A DNA stretch of 64,000 nucleotides from assembly GCA_021324655.1 (NCBI GenBank), contig JAJPIP010000041.1, forward strand, positions 49 through 64,048, given 5' to 3'. The DNA is from Pseudomonadota bacterium (GTDB lineage Bacteria; Chloroflexota; UBA5177). A model generated the notes under the pieces. The model was not told the origin of the DNA. It searched no databases and saw nothing but the letters and a program-made list of their open reading frames with translations. Every line of letters starts with the position of its first letter. Position 1 is the first letter of the stretch. The translations under genes were made by a program, and so were the position numbers. Of this stretch, positions 18,541 through 28,838 are shown piece after piece.

Positions 18541-18556
18541 ACGTCTCTCGAGACGT
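18541..18556 (+). promoter_or_regulatory. Inverted repeat ACGTCTC-tc-GAGACGT, candidate operator upstream of the etf/acyl-CoA operon
   Basis: 7-bp perfect arms with 2-nt spacer, about 20-30 nt upstream of the etfB start codon and RBS (GGGAGGGAG). Confidence 0.4.
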
Positions 18557-18574
18557 GGCGCGCCGCGGGAGGGA

Positions 18575-19366
18575 GTGAGACCGGTGAACATCGTGGTATG
18601 CGTCAAGCAAGTGCCGGAAACGACGGCCCCCAAGGAGTTTGGCCCCGACAATCGCATCAACCGGGCGGCGCACGAGGCAGTTGTCAACCCGTTTGATGAG
18701 TACGCCATTGAAGCGGGGCTGCAATTGAAAGAGAAGCACGGGGGCGAGGTCACGATCCTGACCATGGGCCCTTCCGGGGCTCAAGACACGATGCGGAAAG
18801 CGCTGGCGATGGGAGCCGATCGGGGCTTGCTCGTGTCCGATCCTGCCCTCGAAGGAAGCGACACCTGGACGACGGCATATGTTTTGGCGCAGGCGCTCCG
18901 GCGTGAGGAGTATGACCTCATCCTGACCGGAATGGAGAGCACCGACGCCCGGACCGGGCTCGTGCCAGCGGCACTTGCCGAACAACTGGGGCTGCCGTCG
19001 CTCACGTACGCCTCGTCGGTCGAGGTGGAGGACGGCAACGTGTCAGTGCGCCGCCAGGTGACCGGCGGCTATGAGGAAGTGAGAGGACCGACGCCCGCCC
19101 TCGTCAGTGTCGTCAAGGGTGTCAACGAGCCTCGCTACCCATCACTGAAGGGGATCATGGCGGCCAAGCGAAAAGAGATCACGGTGCTCGACCTGGCTCA
19201 ACTGGAGATTCAACCGGACGAGGTGGGTGCGGCCGGGGCGAAAACGAAAGTACTGGATGTGACTCCACGTCCGGAAAAGCAGGCTGGTCAGGTTATCTCA
19301 CCGGACTCGCCCGAGGAAGCGGCGCGCATCATTGCCGACTTCCTCCAGGTCAATAAGTTCATTTAG
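18575..19366 (+). CDS. etfB: Electron transfer flavoprotein beta subunit (EtfB/FixA)
   Basis: 'VNIVVCVKQVPETTAP' N-terminus typical of ETF-beta. Start is GTG 18575 or GTG 18584 (better RBS spacing). Confidence 0.92.
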   Translation: MRPVNIVVCVKQVPETTAPKEFGPDNRINRAAHEAVVNPFDEYAIEAGLQLKEKHGGEVTILTMGPSGAQDTMRKALAMGADRGLLVSDPALEGSDTWTTAYVLAQALRREEYDLILTGMESTDARTGLVPAALAEQLGLPSLTYASSVEVEDGNVSVRRQVTGGYEEVRGPTPALVSVVKGVNEPRYPSLKGIMAAKRKEITVLDLAQLEIQPDEVGAAGAKTKVLDVTPRPEKQAGQVISPDSPEEAARIIADFLQVNKFI

Positions 19367-19377
19367 GGGAGACCAAG

Positions 19378-20367
19378 TTGGCAGGAGACATTCTGGTCTA
19401 CGTCGAGCACGACGGGCCACAGCCGCGCCATCTCGCGCTGGAAACGGTGTCGAAGGCCGCCGAGGTGACCGAGGCACATGGCGGGCAGGTAATCGCGGCT
19501 GTTCTCGGCGGAGGAGCAGACGGCACGATCGAGCGGCTGGGGCGCTTCGGCGCCGACACGGTGTACCAGGACGCCGGCCCCGTATTCGACGACTACCTAA
19601 CCGAGCCGGCCGTCGAGTATGTCGCCGCGCTCATCGCCGAGACCAATCCGACAGCCATCCTCCTGCCCTACACCCAGGACGGAAAAGACATAGGCTCGCG
19701 GCTGTCGGCGCGCCTCTCCGCCGGGGCGGTGGCCAATGTGGTCAACGTGCTGGAGAACAATGGTCGCCTCGACGCCATCGAGACGGTCTTCGGGGGCAAC
19801 TACTCGGACACGGTGGAAGTGGAGCGCAGCCCGCTCGCCATCTTGCTGGTTCGCGCCAACGCCTTCACGGCCGAAGAGCATCCCAGGCAACCGGCCGTCA
19901 AGCAGATGGCATTTGAACCCAGCGAGGCGGCGAAGCGCGCCCAGGTCGGCCGGCGGGTACAGGAAGAAGGGACGCCGACTCCGATTGAGGAGGCGCAGAT
20001 CATTGTTTCGGGAGGGCGCGGGCTTGGCGGCCCTGAACCATTTGGGTTGTTGGAAGAACTTGCCGGTGAGTTAGGTGGAGTCGTCGGAGCGTCGCGCGCC
20101 GCTGTCGATGCCGGGTGGATCAGCTATCCGCACCAGGTGGGACAAACCGGCCGCACGGTCAAACCGCAGCTTTACATGGCGATCGGCATATCCGGCGCCG
20201 TGCAGCACAGGGTCGGCATGCAGACCGCGGACACCATCATCGCGGTCAATCGTGACAAAGACGCTCCCATCTTCCAACTCGCCGATCTCGCCGTGGTGGG
20301 AGATCTGTTCCAGATCGTTCCCGCTCTCACCGAAGAGATCAAGCGGCGCAAGGGCGGGGCCACCTAG
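19378..20367 (+). CDS. etfA: Electron transfer flavoprotein alpha subunit (EtfA/FixB)
   Basis: TTG start with GGGGAG RBS. FAD-binding C-terminal 'PQLYMAIGISGAVQHRVGMQTADTIIAVNRDKDAPIF'. Confidence 0.92.
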   Translation: MAGDILVYVEHDGPQPRHLALETVSKAAEVTEAHGGQVIAAVLGGGADGTIERLGRFGADTVYQDAGPVFDDYLTEPAVEYVAALIAETNPTAILLPYTQDGKDIGSRLSARLSAGAVANVVNVLENNGRLDAIETVFGGNYSDTVEVERSPLAILLVRANAFTAEEHPRQPAVKQMAFEPSEAAKRAQVGRRVQEEGTPTPIEEAQIIVSGGRGLGGPEPFGLLEELAGELGGVVGASRAAVDAGWISYPHQVGQTGRTVKPQLYMAIGISGAVQHRVGMQTADTIIAVNRDKDAPIFQLADLAVVGDLFQIVPALTEEIKRRKGGAT

Positions 20368-20394
20368 GAGGCTCGGCGCGAGGAGGGGGAGGGT

Positions 20395-21540
20395 ATGGAT
20401 TTCGATCTGACCGACGAACAGGTCATGATCCGCGATCTAGCGCGCGACTTCGCGCGCAATGAGATTGCGCCCCGGGCCGAATACTACGATCACCACGCCG
20501 AATTTCCCTACGACGTCATCGCCAAGCTCGCCGAGCTCGGCTTTATGGGGCTTCCGGTCCCAGAAGCATACGGGGGAGCGGGCGCCGACACCCTGACGTA
20601 CGCCGTCGCAGTGGAAGAGATCTCGCGCGGCGATGCCTCGGTCGGCATTACCATGGCCGCGCACACGTCCCTCGGTATCATGCCGTTTCTCATGTTCGGG
20701 AGCGAGGACCAAAAGCAAGAGTACGTTCCACCGCTCGCTGCGGGTCAAGCACTATGGTCATTCGGGCTCACGGAGCCGCAGGCGGGGTCCGATGCCGGAG
20801 CGACCCGTACGCGTGCCGACTTGCACTCCGGATTCTGGGTCATTAACGGTGTCAAGTCGTTCATCACGAATTCCGGCACCCGCATCAGCGGCGGTGTCAC
20901 TATTACTGCCGTCACCGGTGGCTCGGTAGGAGACCGCGAGATCTCGAATATCATCGTGCCCGCCGGGACACCCGGCTACACCGTGTCCCGAGAGTACGAC
21001 AAGATGGGATGGCGCGCGTCGGATACCCATGAGCTCGCCTTTGCCGACGCACGCGTGCCGGAGATAAACCTGCTGGGCGAGCGCGGCGCGGGCTTCCACC
21101 AGTTTCTGAGGGTGCTCGATGGCGGCCGCATCTCGGTGGCCGCGCTGAGCGTCGGCCTCGCCCAGGCCTGTTATGACGCGTCCGCTCGCTACGCCGAAGA
21201 GCGCGTGCAGTTCGGGCGTCCCATCGCCCAATTCGAGACGGTCCGCAACAAGCTCGTCGACATGGCCACCAATATCGAGCTCGCGCGCCTCATGACCTAC
21301 CGCGCCGCCTGGCTCAAGGACCGGGGCCGCGACTTCCGGATGTCCGCTGCCATGGCCAAGCTGTTCGCGGGCGAGGTGGCGACGCGAGCGGCCAACGACG
21401 CCGTGCAAATCCACGGCGGATACGGGGTGATGGAAGAGTTCCCCGTCGCGCGGTATTGGCGCGACTGCAAGATCGGAGAGATCGGCGAGGGCACCAATGA
21501 GGTGCAGCGCATGGTGATCGGACGTCTGTTGGGACTGTAA
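20395..21540 (+). CDS. Acyl-CoA dehydrogenase (short/branched-chain type)
   Basis: 381 aa. ACAD N-, middle- and C-terminal domains; 'YAEERVQFGRPIAQFE' and 'QIHGGYGVMEEFPVARYWRDCKIGEIGEGTNEVQR'. Confidence 0.92.
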   Translation: MDFDLTDEQVMIRDLARDFARNEIAPRAEYYDHHAEFPYDVIAKLAELGFMGLPVPEAYGGAGADTLTYAVAVEEISRGDASVGITMAAHTSLGIMPFLMFGSEDQKQEYVPPLAAGQALWSFGLTEPQAGSDAGATRTRADLHSGFWVINGVKSFITNSGTRISGGVTITAVTGGSVGDREISNIIVPAGTPGYTVSREYDKMGWRASDTHELAFADARVPEINLLGERGAGFHQFLRVLDGGRISVAALSVGLAQACYDASARYAEERVQFGRPIAQFETVRNKLVDMATNIELARLMTYRAAWLKDRGRDFRMSAAMAKLFAGEVATRAANDAVQIHGGYGVMEEFPVARYWRDCKIGEIGEGTNEVQRMVIGRLLGL

Positions 21541-21622
21541 TCGCAACCGCGATCGCCGCCCGCACCCGCCGCCGGAAGACGATAATGGGCGGACACGAGG
21601 CGCAGCCTCGAAGGAGATTCTA

Positions 21623-22801
21623 GTGGAAGAAATCGTCATAGTCAGCTCGGCCCGGACTGCGTTCGGCCGGCTGGGCGGCTCATTTCGTGATACTCCTGCC
21701 GTCGACCTTGGCGGGGTGGCCATCCGCGGCGCGGTGGAGCGTGCCGGAGTGCCGAACGATCGGATTGATCACGTCATCATGGGGACCGTCATCACGGCCG
21801 GCATGGGCCAGGTGCCGGCGCGGCAGGCGGCGCTGAAAGCCGGACTGCCGGTGGAGGTCCCCGCCATGACTATCAATAAGGTGTGTGCCTCCGGTCTCAA
21901 GGCGGTGAATCTCGCCGCGCAGATGATCAAGGCGGGAGATGCCGAGATCGTCGTGGCGGGCGGCATGGAAAGCATGAGCATGGCGCCGTACCTCGTCGAC
22001 AAGGGTCGCTTCGGCTACCGCATGGGGAACGGTGTGCTCGTGGATTCCATGATGCGCGACGGACTGGAGTGCGGCATCTGCGGCGTCGAGATGCACCACT
22101 ACGGAAGCGATGTTGCAGCTGAGTTCGAGATCAACCGGGAAGATCAGGACCGGTGGTCGGTACGTAGCCAGCGGCGATACGCTGAGGCGTTGGAGGCCGG
22201 CAAGATCCAGCGAGAGATCGTGCCTGTAGAAGTCCCCCAGCGTAAGGGCGCGCCGCTGGTCGTCGATGCCGACGAGCAGCCCCGGCCCGACACCACCCTC
22301 GACAAGCTGTCCCTCTTGAAAGCCCTCAAGCCGGGCGGGAGCGTCACGGCCGGGAACGCGCCGGGGGTCAACGACGGCGCAGCTGCCCTCGTCGTCGCGT
22401 CGCGGCGAGCGGCCGACGACCTCGGCCTTACCCCTCTGGCGGTGTGGGTGTCCCAGGGCGAAGGTAATGCCGAGGCCCCGTACTTGCACACGGTCCCGGC
22501 CTTCGCCATTCGCAACGCGCTCAAGAAGTCGGGCCTTGACCTGAACGACATTCATCTCTTCGAGATCAACGAGGCGTTCGCCGCGGTCACTCTCACGACC
22601 ATGCAGATCCTCGGCCTCAATGCCGATGAGGTGAACGTCAACGGGGGAGCGGTCGCGATCGGTCATCCGATCGGCGCGTCCGGCGCCCGCATACTCGGGT
22701 CTCTCATATACGAGATGCAGCGACGGGACGTCGAGTACGGGGCGGCGAGCATCTGCAGTGGGACCGCTCAAGGCGAAGCCACCATCGTGCGCAGGGCATA
22801 A
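21623..22801 (+). CDS. Acetyl-CoA C-acetyltransferase / 3-ketoacyl-CoA thiolase
   Basis: GTG start with AAGGAG RBS. 'NKVCASGLKAVNLAAQMIKAGDA' with the active-site Cys, and C-terminal 'GAVAIGHPIGASGARIL…SICSGTAQGEATIV' with the catalytic Cys-Ser-Gly. Confidence 0.95.
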   Translation: MEEIVIVSSARTAFGRLGGSFRDTPAVDLGGVAIRGAVERAGVPNDRIDHVIMGTVITAGMGQVPARQAALKAGLPVEVPAMTINKVCASGLKAVNLAAQMIKAGDAEIVVAGGMESMSMAPYLVDKGRFGYRMGNGVLVDSMMRDGLECGICGVEMHHYGSDVAAEFEINREDQDRWSVRSQRRYAEALEAGKIQREIVPVEVPQRKGAPLVVDADEQPRPDTTLDKLSLLKALKPGGSVTAGNAPGVNDGAAALVVASRRAADDLGLTPLAVWVSQGEGNAEAPYLHTVPAFAIRNALKKSGLDLNDIHLFEINEAFAAVTLTTMQILGLNADEVNVNGGAVAIGHPIGASGARILGSLIYEMQRRDVEYGAASICSGTAQGEATIVRRA

Positions 22802-22830
22802 GCGGAGCACTCGGCCGAGAGGAGCGACGC

Positions 22831-23973
22831 GTGCACGTTAATGTGACGGCGGAACAGCAAGAGATCCTGGCTATGGTGCGGCAGTTCGCGACCGAGGAGG
22901 TACTTCCGCGCGCCGGCCGGATCGATGAGACAGCCGAATACCCCGCCGACCTGGTGGCGAAGATGGCCGATCTCGGACTGATGGGAGTGCCGTTTCCCGA
23001 AGAGTACGGAGGAGCGGGTCTCGATTACGTCACATTCGCGCTCATCGTCGAAGAGCTCTGTCGCGCCGACGCCAGCGTGGGACTCATCATGGACGTCAAT
23101 ATATCGCTCTGCGGGGAGCCGATTTACATGTTCGGCACCGACGCGCAGAAGAAGCGCTATCTGACTCCCCTTGCGACCGGAGCAGCACTGGGCGCGCTCG
23201 CTATGACGGAACCGGAAGCAGGATCGGACGCCGCCTCCATACGGACGACGGCCGATAAGAGGGGCGACAGGTACGTTCTGAACGGGCGGAAGATCTTCAT
23301 CACCAACGGGGAACAGGCGGACATCTACATCGTCACAGCGAAGACAGACCGCGCCGCGAGATCCCGGGGAATAACCGACTTCATCGTTGAGAAGACCATG
23401 CCGGGCGTGTCGTTCACCACTCATTACGAGAAGATGGGCATCCGCGGTTCGCCCACCACAGACGTGGTGCTCGAGAACGTGGAGGTGCCGGAGGAGAACG
23501 TGCTGGGCGGCGTTGGGAACGGCTTCAGGGTGACCATGGACACGCTGGACGCGGGCCGGATCGGGATTGCCGCCCAGGCCATTGGTATTGCGCGCGCGGC
23601 GCTCGAGGATTCGCTCGCCTACGCCCGGGAGCGCGTCCAGTTCGGCCGGCCCATTGCCGACTTCGAGGCGATCCAATTCATGCTCGCCGACATGGCGACA
23701 CAGATTCAGGCAGCAAGGACCTTGATGCTCCGCGCGGCCGCCCTGCGCGACCGCAACATTCCCTGCGCCCGTGAGTCGGCCATGGCCAAGCTCTTTGCCG
23801 GGGACATGGCGGTGCAGGTGACCAGCGAGGCCGTCCAGGTCTTTGGCGGCTACGGCTACATGCACGAGTACCCGGTCGAGCGCCACATGCGCGACGCCAA
23901 AATCACGCAGATCTACGAGGGCACCAATCAGATTCAGCGTCTGGTCGTGGCCCGCCAGGTGGCCGGTACATGA
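22831..23973 (+). CDS. Acyl-CoA dehydrogenase (second paralogue)
   Basis: 380 aa. 'GRKIFITNGEQADIYIV', 'YARERVQFGRPIADFEAIQF', 'VFGGYGYMHEYPVERHMRDAKITQIYEGTNQIQR'. Confidence 0.92.
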   Translation: MHVNVTAEQQEILAMVRQFATEEVLPRAGRIDETAEYPADLVAKMADLGLMGVPFPEEYGGAGLDYVTFALIVEELCRADASVGLIMDVNISLCGEPIYMFGTDAQKKRYLTPLATGAALGALAMTEPEAGSDAASIRTTADKRGDRYVLNGRKIFITNGEQADIYIVTAKTDRAARSRGITDFIVEKTMPGVSFTTHYEKMGIRGSPTTDVVLENVEVPEENVLGGVGNGFRVTMDTLDAGRIGIAAQAIGIARAALEDSLAYARERVQFGRPIADFEAIQFMLADMATQIQAARTLMLRAAALRDRNIPCARESAMAKLFAGDMAVQVTSEAVQVFGGYGYMHEYPVERHMRDAKITQIYEGTNQIQRLVVARQVAGT

Positions 23974-25112
23974 GCGAGGGACTGACCGCCGAGCAGGAAA
24001 TGATCCGCGACGCGGCCCGCACCTTTGCCCAGGAGATCGTCGCGCCGCGGGCAGCAGAGATTGACCGGACGCACGACTTCCCGGCGGACCTCGTCCGGCG
24101 CGCGGCTCAACTCGACCTCATGGGTATCATCGTGCCCGAGGAATACGGTGGGACCGCCCTGGGCCATCTGGCGTTTGCCGTCTACGTCGAGGAAGTGGCC
24201 GCGGTGTCCGGCGCGCTCGCCGTCATCCTTGACGTTCACAGTTCCGTCGGCACGGAGCCAATCGTGGATTGGGGCAGCGACGAACAGAAGCGGCGCTACC
24301 TGCCGCGCCTGGCTGCCGGGGAAATGTTGGGAGCATTTGCGCTGACCGAGCCGGAATCGGGCTCGGATGCAGCCTCGCTTCAGACCACGGCAGAGCGCGT
24401 CGGGGACCGATACGTCTTGAACGGCACCAAAACGTTCATCACGAACGTAGGGGTGGCCGACCTGTATATCGTCATGGCACGCACGGGCGGGCCGGGAGCG
24501 CGAGGAATCTCGGCATTTCTCGTGGAGAAGGGGATGAAGGGCCTCGGATTTGGTCAGCCCATGCACAAGATGGGCCTGCACGGGTCCCCCACCGGCGAGA
24601 TTCTTCTCGACGACGTGGAGGTGCCGGAAGAGAATCGTCTCGGTCCGGAAGGCGCCGGCTTCAAGGTCGCGATGAAAGCACTGGACAGCGGCCGCATCGG
24701 GATCAGCGCGCAAGCGGTCGGTCTCGCCCGCGGGGCGCTCGATCTGGCCGTCGAATACGCCAAGCAGCGGGTACAGTTTGGACAGCCGATCATCCAGTTC
24801 GAGGGCATCCAGTTCATGATCGCGGACATGGCGACGGCCGTTGACGCCGCGCGGCTGATGACGTGGGATGCAGCGGCAGCGTGTGATGCCGCGGAACCGT
24901 TCACGCTGCTGGCCTCGATGGCAAAGCTGTTTGCCACCGACACCGCCATGACCGTCACCACCGACGCCGTGCAGATTTTCGGCGGCTACGGGTACATCAA
25001 GGAATTTCCTGTCGAGCGCTTCATGCGTGATGCGAAAGCGACGCAGATTTACGAAGGCACCAATCAGATCCAGCGCATAGTGATCGCACGAGAATTGCTG
25101 CGTGGTGACTGA
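23970..25112 (+). CDS. Acyl-CoA dehydrogenase (third paralogue)
   Basis: ATGA overlap with the upstream ACAD. 'YAKQRVQFGQPIIQFEGIQF', 'IFGGYGYIKEFPVERFMRDAKATQIYEGTNQIQR'. Confidence 0.92.
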   Translation: MSEGLTAEQEMIRDAARTFAQEIVAPRAAEIDRTHDFPADLVRRAAQLDLMGIIVPEEYGGTALGHLAFAVYVEEVAAVSGALAVILDVHSSVGTEPIVDWGSDEQKRRYLPRLAAGEMLGAFALTEPESGSDAASLQTTAERVGDRYVLNGTKTFITNVGVADLYIVMARTGGPGARGISAFLVEKGMKGLGFGQPMHKMGLHGSPTGEILLDDVEVPEENRLGPEGAGFKVAMKALDSGRIGISAQAVGLARGALDLAVEYAKQRVQFGQPIIQFEGIQFMIADMATAVDAARLMTWDAAAACDAAEPFTLLASMAKLFATDTAMTVTTDAVQIFGGYGYIKEFPVERFMRDAKATQIYEGTNQIQRIVIARELLRGD

Positions 25113-26076
25113 AACCACCGAGGAAGCGGCAGCTCGCCTCGTGGAGAGCCTCTTGAAGGGAAACCGACGGGCCGCCGGGCGCGTGATCAGTGCAATCGAG
25201 GACGGCGGAGACGCCGTAGAGATGCTCATGCGGGCCCTGTACCCGCACACCGGAAGGGCGTCCATTGTTGGCATCACGGGTCCGCCAGGTGCCGGGAAGA
25301 GCACGGTCGTCGACGAGCTCATCCGCGTCATGCGGGCAGACGGCCGAGCAGTAGCGGTTCTGGCGGTGGATCCCAACTCGCCGTTCAGCGGCGGCGCGGT
25401 GCTGGGAGACCGGGTCCGGATGATGCGGCACGCAACCGATCCCGAGGTCTTCATTCGAAGCATGGGAGCCCGCGGGCATCTCGGCGGACTGGCGTTGGCC
25501 TCTCACAATGCTCTCCTGGCGCTCGACGCCATGGGCTTTAGCGACTTGCTCGCCGAGACGGTGGGGGTCGGACAGTCCGAGTTGGAAGTAGCCGGGACGG
25601 CGGACACGACTGTCGTCGTCGTGCCGCCGGGGTTGGGAGACGGAGTGCAAGCGATCAAAGCCGGTATCATGGAGATAGCTGACATCTTTGTCGTCAACAA
25701 AGCGGACCACCCGCAGGCAGACAGGGTCGTTGCCGACATACGCGACGTATTACGCATGGACCTTAAACGGCCCGAGTGGACGCCGCCGATCGTGAAGACC
25801 GTGGCGACCGCCGGTGAGGGTCTCGAGGATCTATGGATCCGCATTCGGCAGCATCGGCGGTATCTGGAAGAGAGTGGAGAACTGGAGAGGCGCCGCCGTG
25901 CCCGGCTCGAACAGGAGATCGTCGAGATTGCCGAGCGCCGGCTGCGCGAGCAGGTGCTGCGGCCTCGTACCGCGACGCCGGAGTTTCGCGCTATGCTGAC
26001 GGACGTAGTAGAGAGACGCATGAACCCATATGAGGCGGCGGAACAGATCGTTCCAAAAACGGCCGCCGCGGGTTAA
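25102..26076 (+). CDS. meaB: Methylmalonyl-CoA-mutase-associated G-protein chaperone MeaB/ArgK
   Basis: GTG start overlaps the ACAD stop. Walker A 'GITGPPGAGKSTVVDELI', 'VVPPGLGDGVQAIKAGIMEIADIFVVNKADH'. Confidence 0.9.
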   Translation: MVTETTEEAAARLVESLLKGNRRAAGRVISAIEDGGDAVEMLMRALYPHTGRASIVGITGPPGAGKSTVVDELIRVMRADGRAVAVLAVDPNSPFSGGAVLGDRVRMMRHATDPEVFIRSMGARGHLGGLALASHNALLALDAMGFSDLLAETVGVGQSELEVAGTADTTVVVVPPGLGDGVQAIKAGIMEIADIFVVNKADHPQADRVVADIRDVLRMDLKRPEWTPPIVKTVATAGEGLEDLWIRIRQHRRYLEESGELERRRRARLEQEIVEIAERRLREQVLRPRTATPEFRAMLTDVVERRMNPYEAAEQIVPKTAAAG

Positions 26077-26088
26077 CAGGGAGCGACG

Positions 26089-27741
26089 ATGCTGAAGGAC
26101 CGAACGCTGGAAGACGATTACCGCTCCTGGCGTGAGTCCCATCCTCCGCATAACCGCGATTGGGATTTCACGACGCTCTCCGGTGAAGAGATCGCCCCTC
26201 TGTACTCTCCGCTTGACATCGCAGACGAAAGTTACACGCGCGATGTCGGATTCCCCGGCCAGTTTCCTTACACTCGCGGCATCTACGCCAATATGTACCG
26301 GGGCCGGCTGTGGACGATGCGGCAATTCGCCGGGTTCGGCACTGCTCGCGATACCAACCGCCGGTTTCACTATCTGCTGTCCCAGGGAATGACGGGTCTG
26401 TCGGTGGCCTTCGACAACCCGACCCTTATGGGCGTCGACTCGGACGATCTGCGAGCCCTCGGTGAGGTGGGCCGCACCGGCGTGGCCATCGACAGCCTGG
26501 CCGATATGGAGGTCCTCTTCGAGGGCATCCCGCTCGATCGCGTCAGCACGTCGATGACAATCAACGCTCCGGCGGCGATAGTCCTCGCCATGTATGTTGC
26601 CGTCGGGGAGAAACAGGGCGTTCCCGCCGGGCAGCTCACCGGTACCCTGCAGAATGACATCCTGAAGGAATACATCGCGCAGAAGGAGTGGATCTACCCG
26701 CCGCGCCAGGGCGTCAAGTTGGTCGTGGACACCATCGAGTACACCGCGCAGCATATGCCCAAGTACCACCCGGTCAGCATCAGCGGGTACCACATCCGTG
26801 AAGCCGGATCGACCGCTCTGCAAGAACTCGCGTTTACCATGGCGGACGGGCTCTCGTACGTCGACGCCTCGCTGGAACGCGGGCTGGACATCGATTCGTT
26901 CGCGCCGCGTCTCTCTTACTTCTGGAACTCGCACATTGATTTCTTCGAGGAGATCGCGAAGTTCCGCGCCGCTCGACGCCTGTGGGCTCGCCTCTTGAAG
27001 GAGAAGTACGGCGCCAAGAACCCGCGGTCCTGGCTGATGCGCTTCCACACCCAGACGGCCGGAGTGTCTTTGACGGCGCAGCAGCCGGAGAACAATATCG
27101 TGCGAACCGCCCTCGAGGCCCTTGCGGCGGTGCTGGGCGGGACCCAGTCGCTCCACACCAACTCGATGGATGAAGTGTTGGCGCTGCCGACGGAGAAAGC
27201 CGTCGAGATCGCCCTGCGGACGCAGCAGATCATCGCGTACGAAACGGGTGTGGTGAATACAGTGGACCCCCTAGGCGGTGCCTATTTCGTCGAGGCCATG
27301 ACCAATCGCATGGAAGAAGGCGCGCTCGAGTATTTCCGCAGGATCGAGGAACTCGGCGGGGTTCTGGTGGGCATCGAAGCGGGCTTTTTCCAGCGTGAGA
27401 TCGCGGACGCGGCGTTCAGGTACCAGCGGGAGCTGGAAGAACGCCGGAAGGTCATGGTCGGGGTGAATGACTTTGTTAACGACCAACCGATCGATATTCC
27501 AATCCTGAAAATCGATCCCGAGGTGGAGCGGGAGCAGATTCGGCGGCTCCAGGAACTGAAGCGGACCCGAGACAATGACCGGGTTGATCGTACCCTGGCG
27601 GCGGTCCGTGACGCAGCAGCGCGGGATGAGAACGTGATGCCGTACCTGTTGGAGTCGGTCCGGGCGTACGCGACGATCCAGGAGATGAGCGACGCCATGA
27701 AGGCGGTGCTCGGAAGCTACCGCGAACCCGCATTCGTGTAA
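26089..27741 (+). CDS. Adenosylcobalamin-dependent acyl-CoA mutase, large (substrate-binding TIM-barrel) subunit; specificity (methylmalonyl- vs isobutyryl- vs other) unresolved
   Basis: 550 aa. '[30 protein letters not shown]', '[21 protein letters not shown]', '[13 protein letters not shown]'. Lacks a C-terminal B12 domain, so this is the split form. Confidence 0.9.
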   Translation: MLKDRTLEDDYRSWRESHPPHNRDWDFTTLSGEEIAPLYSPLDIADESYTRDVGFPGQFPYTRGIYANMYRGRLWTMRQFAGFGTARDTNRRFHYLLSQGMTGLSVAFDNPTLMGVDSDDLRALGEVGRTGVAIDSLADMEVLFEGIPLDRVSTSMTINAPAAIVLAMYVAVGEKQGVPAGQLTGTLQNDILKEYIAQKEWIYPPRQGVKLVVDTIEYTAQHMPKYHPVSISGYHIREAGSTALQELAFTMADGLSYVDASLERGLDIDSFAPRLSYFWNSHIDFFEEIAKFRAARRLWARLLKEKYGAKNPRSWLMRFHTQTAGVSLTAQQPENNIVRTALEALAAVLGGTQSLHTNSMDEVLALPTEKAVEIALRTQQIIAYETGVVNTVDPLGGAYFVEAMTNRMEEGALEYFRRIEELGGVLVGIEAGFFQREIADAAFRYQRELEERRKVMVGVNDFVNDQPIDIPILKIDPEVEREQIRRLQELKRTRDNDRVDRTLAAVRDAAARDENVMPYLLESVRAYATIQEMSDAMKAVLGSYREPAFV

Positions 27742-27751
27742 GGAGGGATAG

Positions 27752-28180
27752 GTGTCCGAGCCGCGTCTTCGCATCTTGATGGCTAAGGCCGGTCTTGACG
27801 GCCATGATCGCGGTGTCAAGGTGGTGGCACGGGCGCTCCGCGATGCCGGGATGGAGGTCATTTACACCGGACTTCATCAGACGCCTGAGCAGGTGGTCCG
27901 CGCGGCGGTCGATGAGGATGTTGATGCGATCGGCCTCAGCATCCTGTCCGGTGCCCACATGACGATCTTCCCCCGGATTCTCGAGTTGCTGCGCGAGCAG
28001 GAGGCTGAAGACATTATTTTATTTGGCGGCGGCACTATTCCGGAGGATGACCTGCAAGAACTCAAGCGCATGGGTGTTGCCGAGTTATTCACCCCAGGCG
28101 CCTATACACAGGAGATCGTGGAGTGGGTGCGAGAAAATGTGGGAGAGAAGGCGGCAGGAGGCTCGGCGGCGCCTTCCTGA
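27752..28180 (+). CDS. Acyl-CoA mutase small subunit (cobalamin-binding domain)
   Basis: GTG start with AGGAGGG RBS. '[16 protein letters not shown]' DxHxxG B12-binding motif. 142 aa. Confidence 0.9.
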   Translation: MSEPRLRILMAKAGLDGHDRGVKVVARALRDAGMEVIYTGLHQTPEQVVRAAVDEDVDAIGLSILSGAHMTIFPRILELLREQEAEDIILFGGGTIPEDDLQELKRMGVAELFTPGAYTQEIVEWVRENVGEKAAGGSAAPS

Positions 28181-28325
28181 GACAGCCTCCGGCGGTCAAC
28201 GGCGCTCTCCGTCTCAGGTGCCCGCGCTCGGTGATCCATTCCGGCTGACATAGGATCTGTTCGAGCATGCTCGACGGCTCCGCCGTCGGGCGCGGGGTCC
28301 ACCCGACAGGGGAGCATGAACGAGG

Positions 28326-28622
28326 CTACAGCTTTCCGAGGGCAGCGATCGCGAGGAGAATCGGGAGCGAGGCGAATGAGCCGACGATCAACGTGAGTGC
28401 CGGCGCCAGGGAGAGATAGCGCCAGATCGGTAATTCGCCGCGATCGGACAGGTCTGTGGCCAGGCTGCGGAGAAATAGTAGGGCCAGCAAAAACAGGGCG
28501 AGATAGACCAATCCCAGGATGATCGTTTGCGCGATCGAGAAGCGCAGAAATCGGCTGAACACATAGCCTTCGGCGAACCAGGCGACAGCGCTGGCAAGTA
28601 AGTACAGAACGGCGCGGATCAC
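28326..28622 (-). CDS. Hypothetical small membrane protein (98 aa, ~3 TM)
   Basis: ORF with three hydrophobic helices. No recognisable motif. Confidence 0.35.
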   Translation of the reverse strand: MIRAVLYLLASAVAWFAEGYVFSRFLRFSIAQTIILGLVYLALFLLALLFLRSLATDLSDRGELPIWRYLSLAPALTLIVGSFASLPILLAIAALGKL

Positions 28623-28685
28623 AAATACCTCGGTGGTCCGACAGGCAGTGAAAAACCCTGCCGAACGGCAGGGTTGACTCTGTCA

Positions 28686-28773
28686 TGGTGCGCCCGACTG
28701 GACTCGAACCAGCACTCCCTTAGCGGGAACTAGGCCCTCAACCTAGCGCGTCTACCTGTTCCGCCACGGGCGC
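28686..28773 (-). tRNA. tRNA-Leu (anticodon GAG), long variable arm
   Basis: Reverse complement reads GCGCCCGUGGCGGAACAGGUAGACGCGCUAGGUUGAGGGCCUAGUUCCCGCUAAGGGAGUGCUGGUUCGAGUCCAGUCGGGCGCACCA. Acceptor 7 bp, anticodon loop UUGAGGG, extra arm, T-loop UUCGAGU. Confidence 0.8.
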
Positions 28774-28838
28774 GCGGCAACATCAAAGTATGAGGTAACG
28801 GCAGCACGACTGTCAACGCGCCGGTGCTAGGCTGAAGC

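Noticed and set aside
28181-28325. Possible cobalamin riboswitch or attenuator downstream of the mutase small subunit
   Set aside because: Only weak hairpins (GTCGGG…CCCGAC), no B12-box-like sequence, and it lies downstream rather than upstream of the B12 genes.
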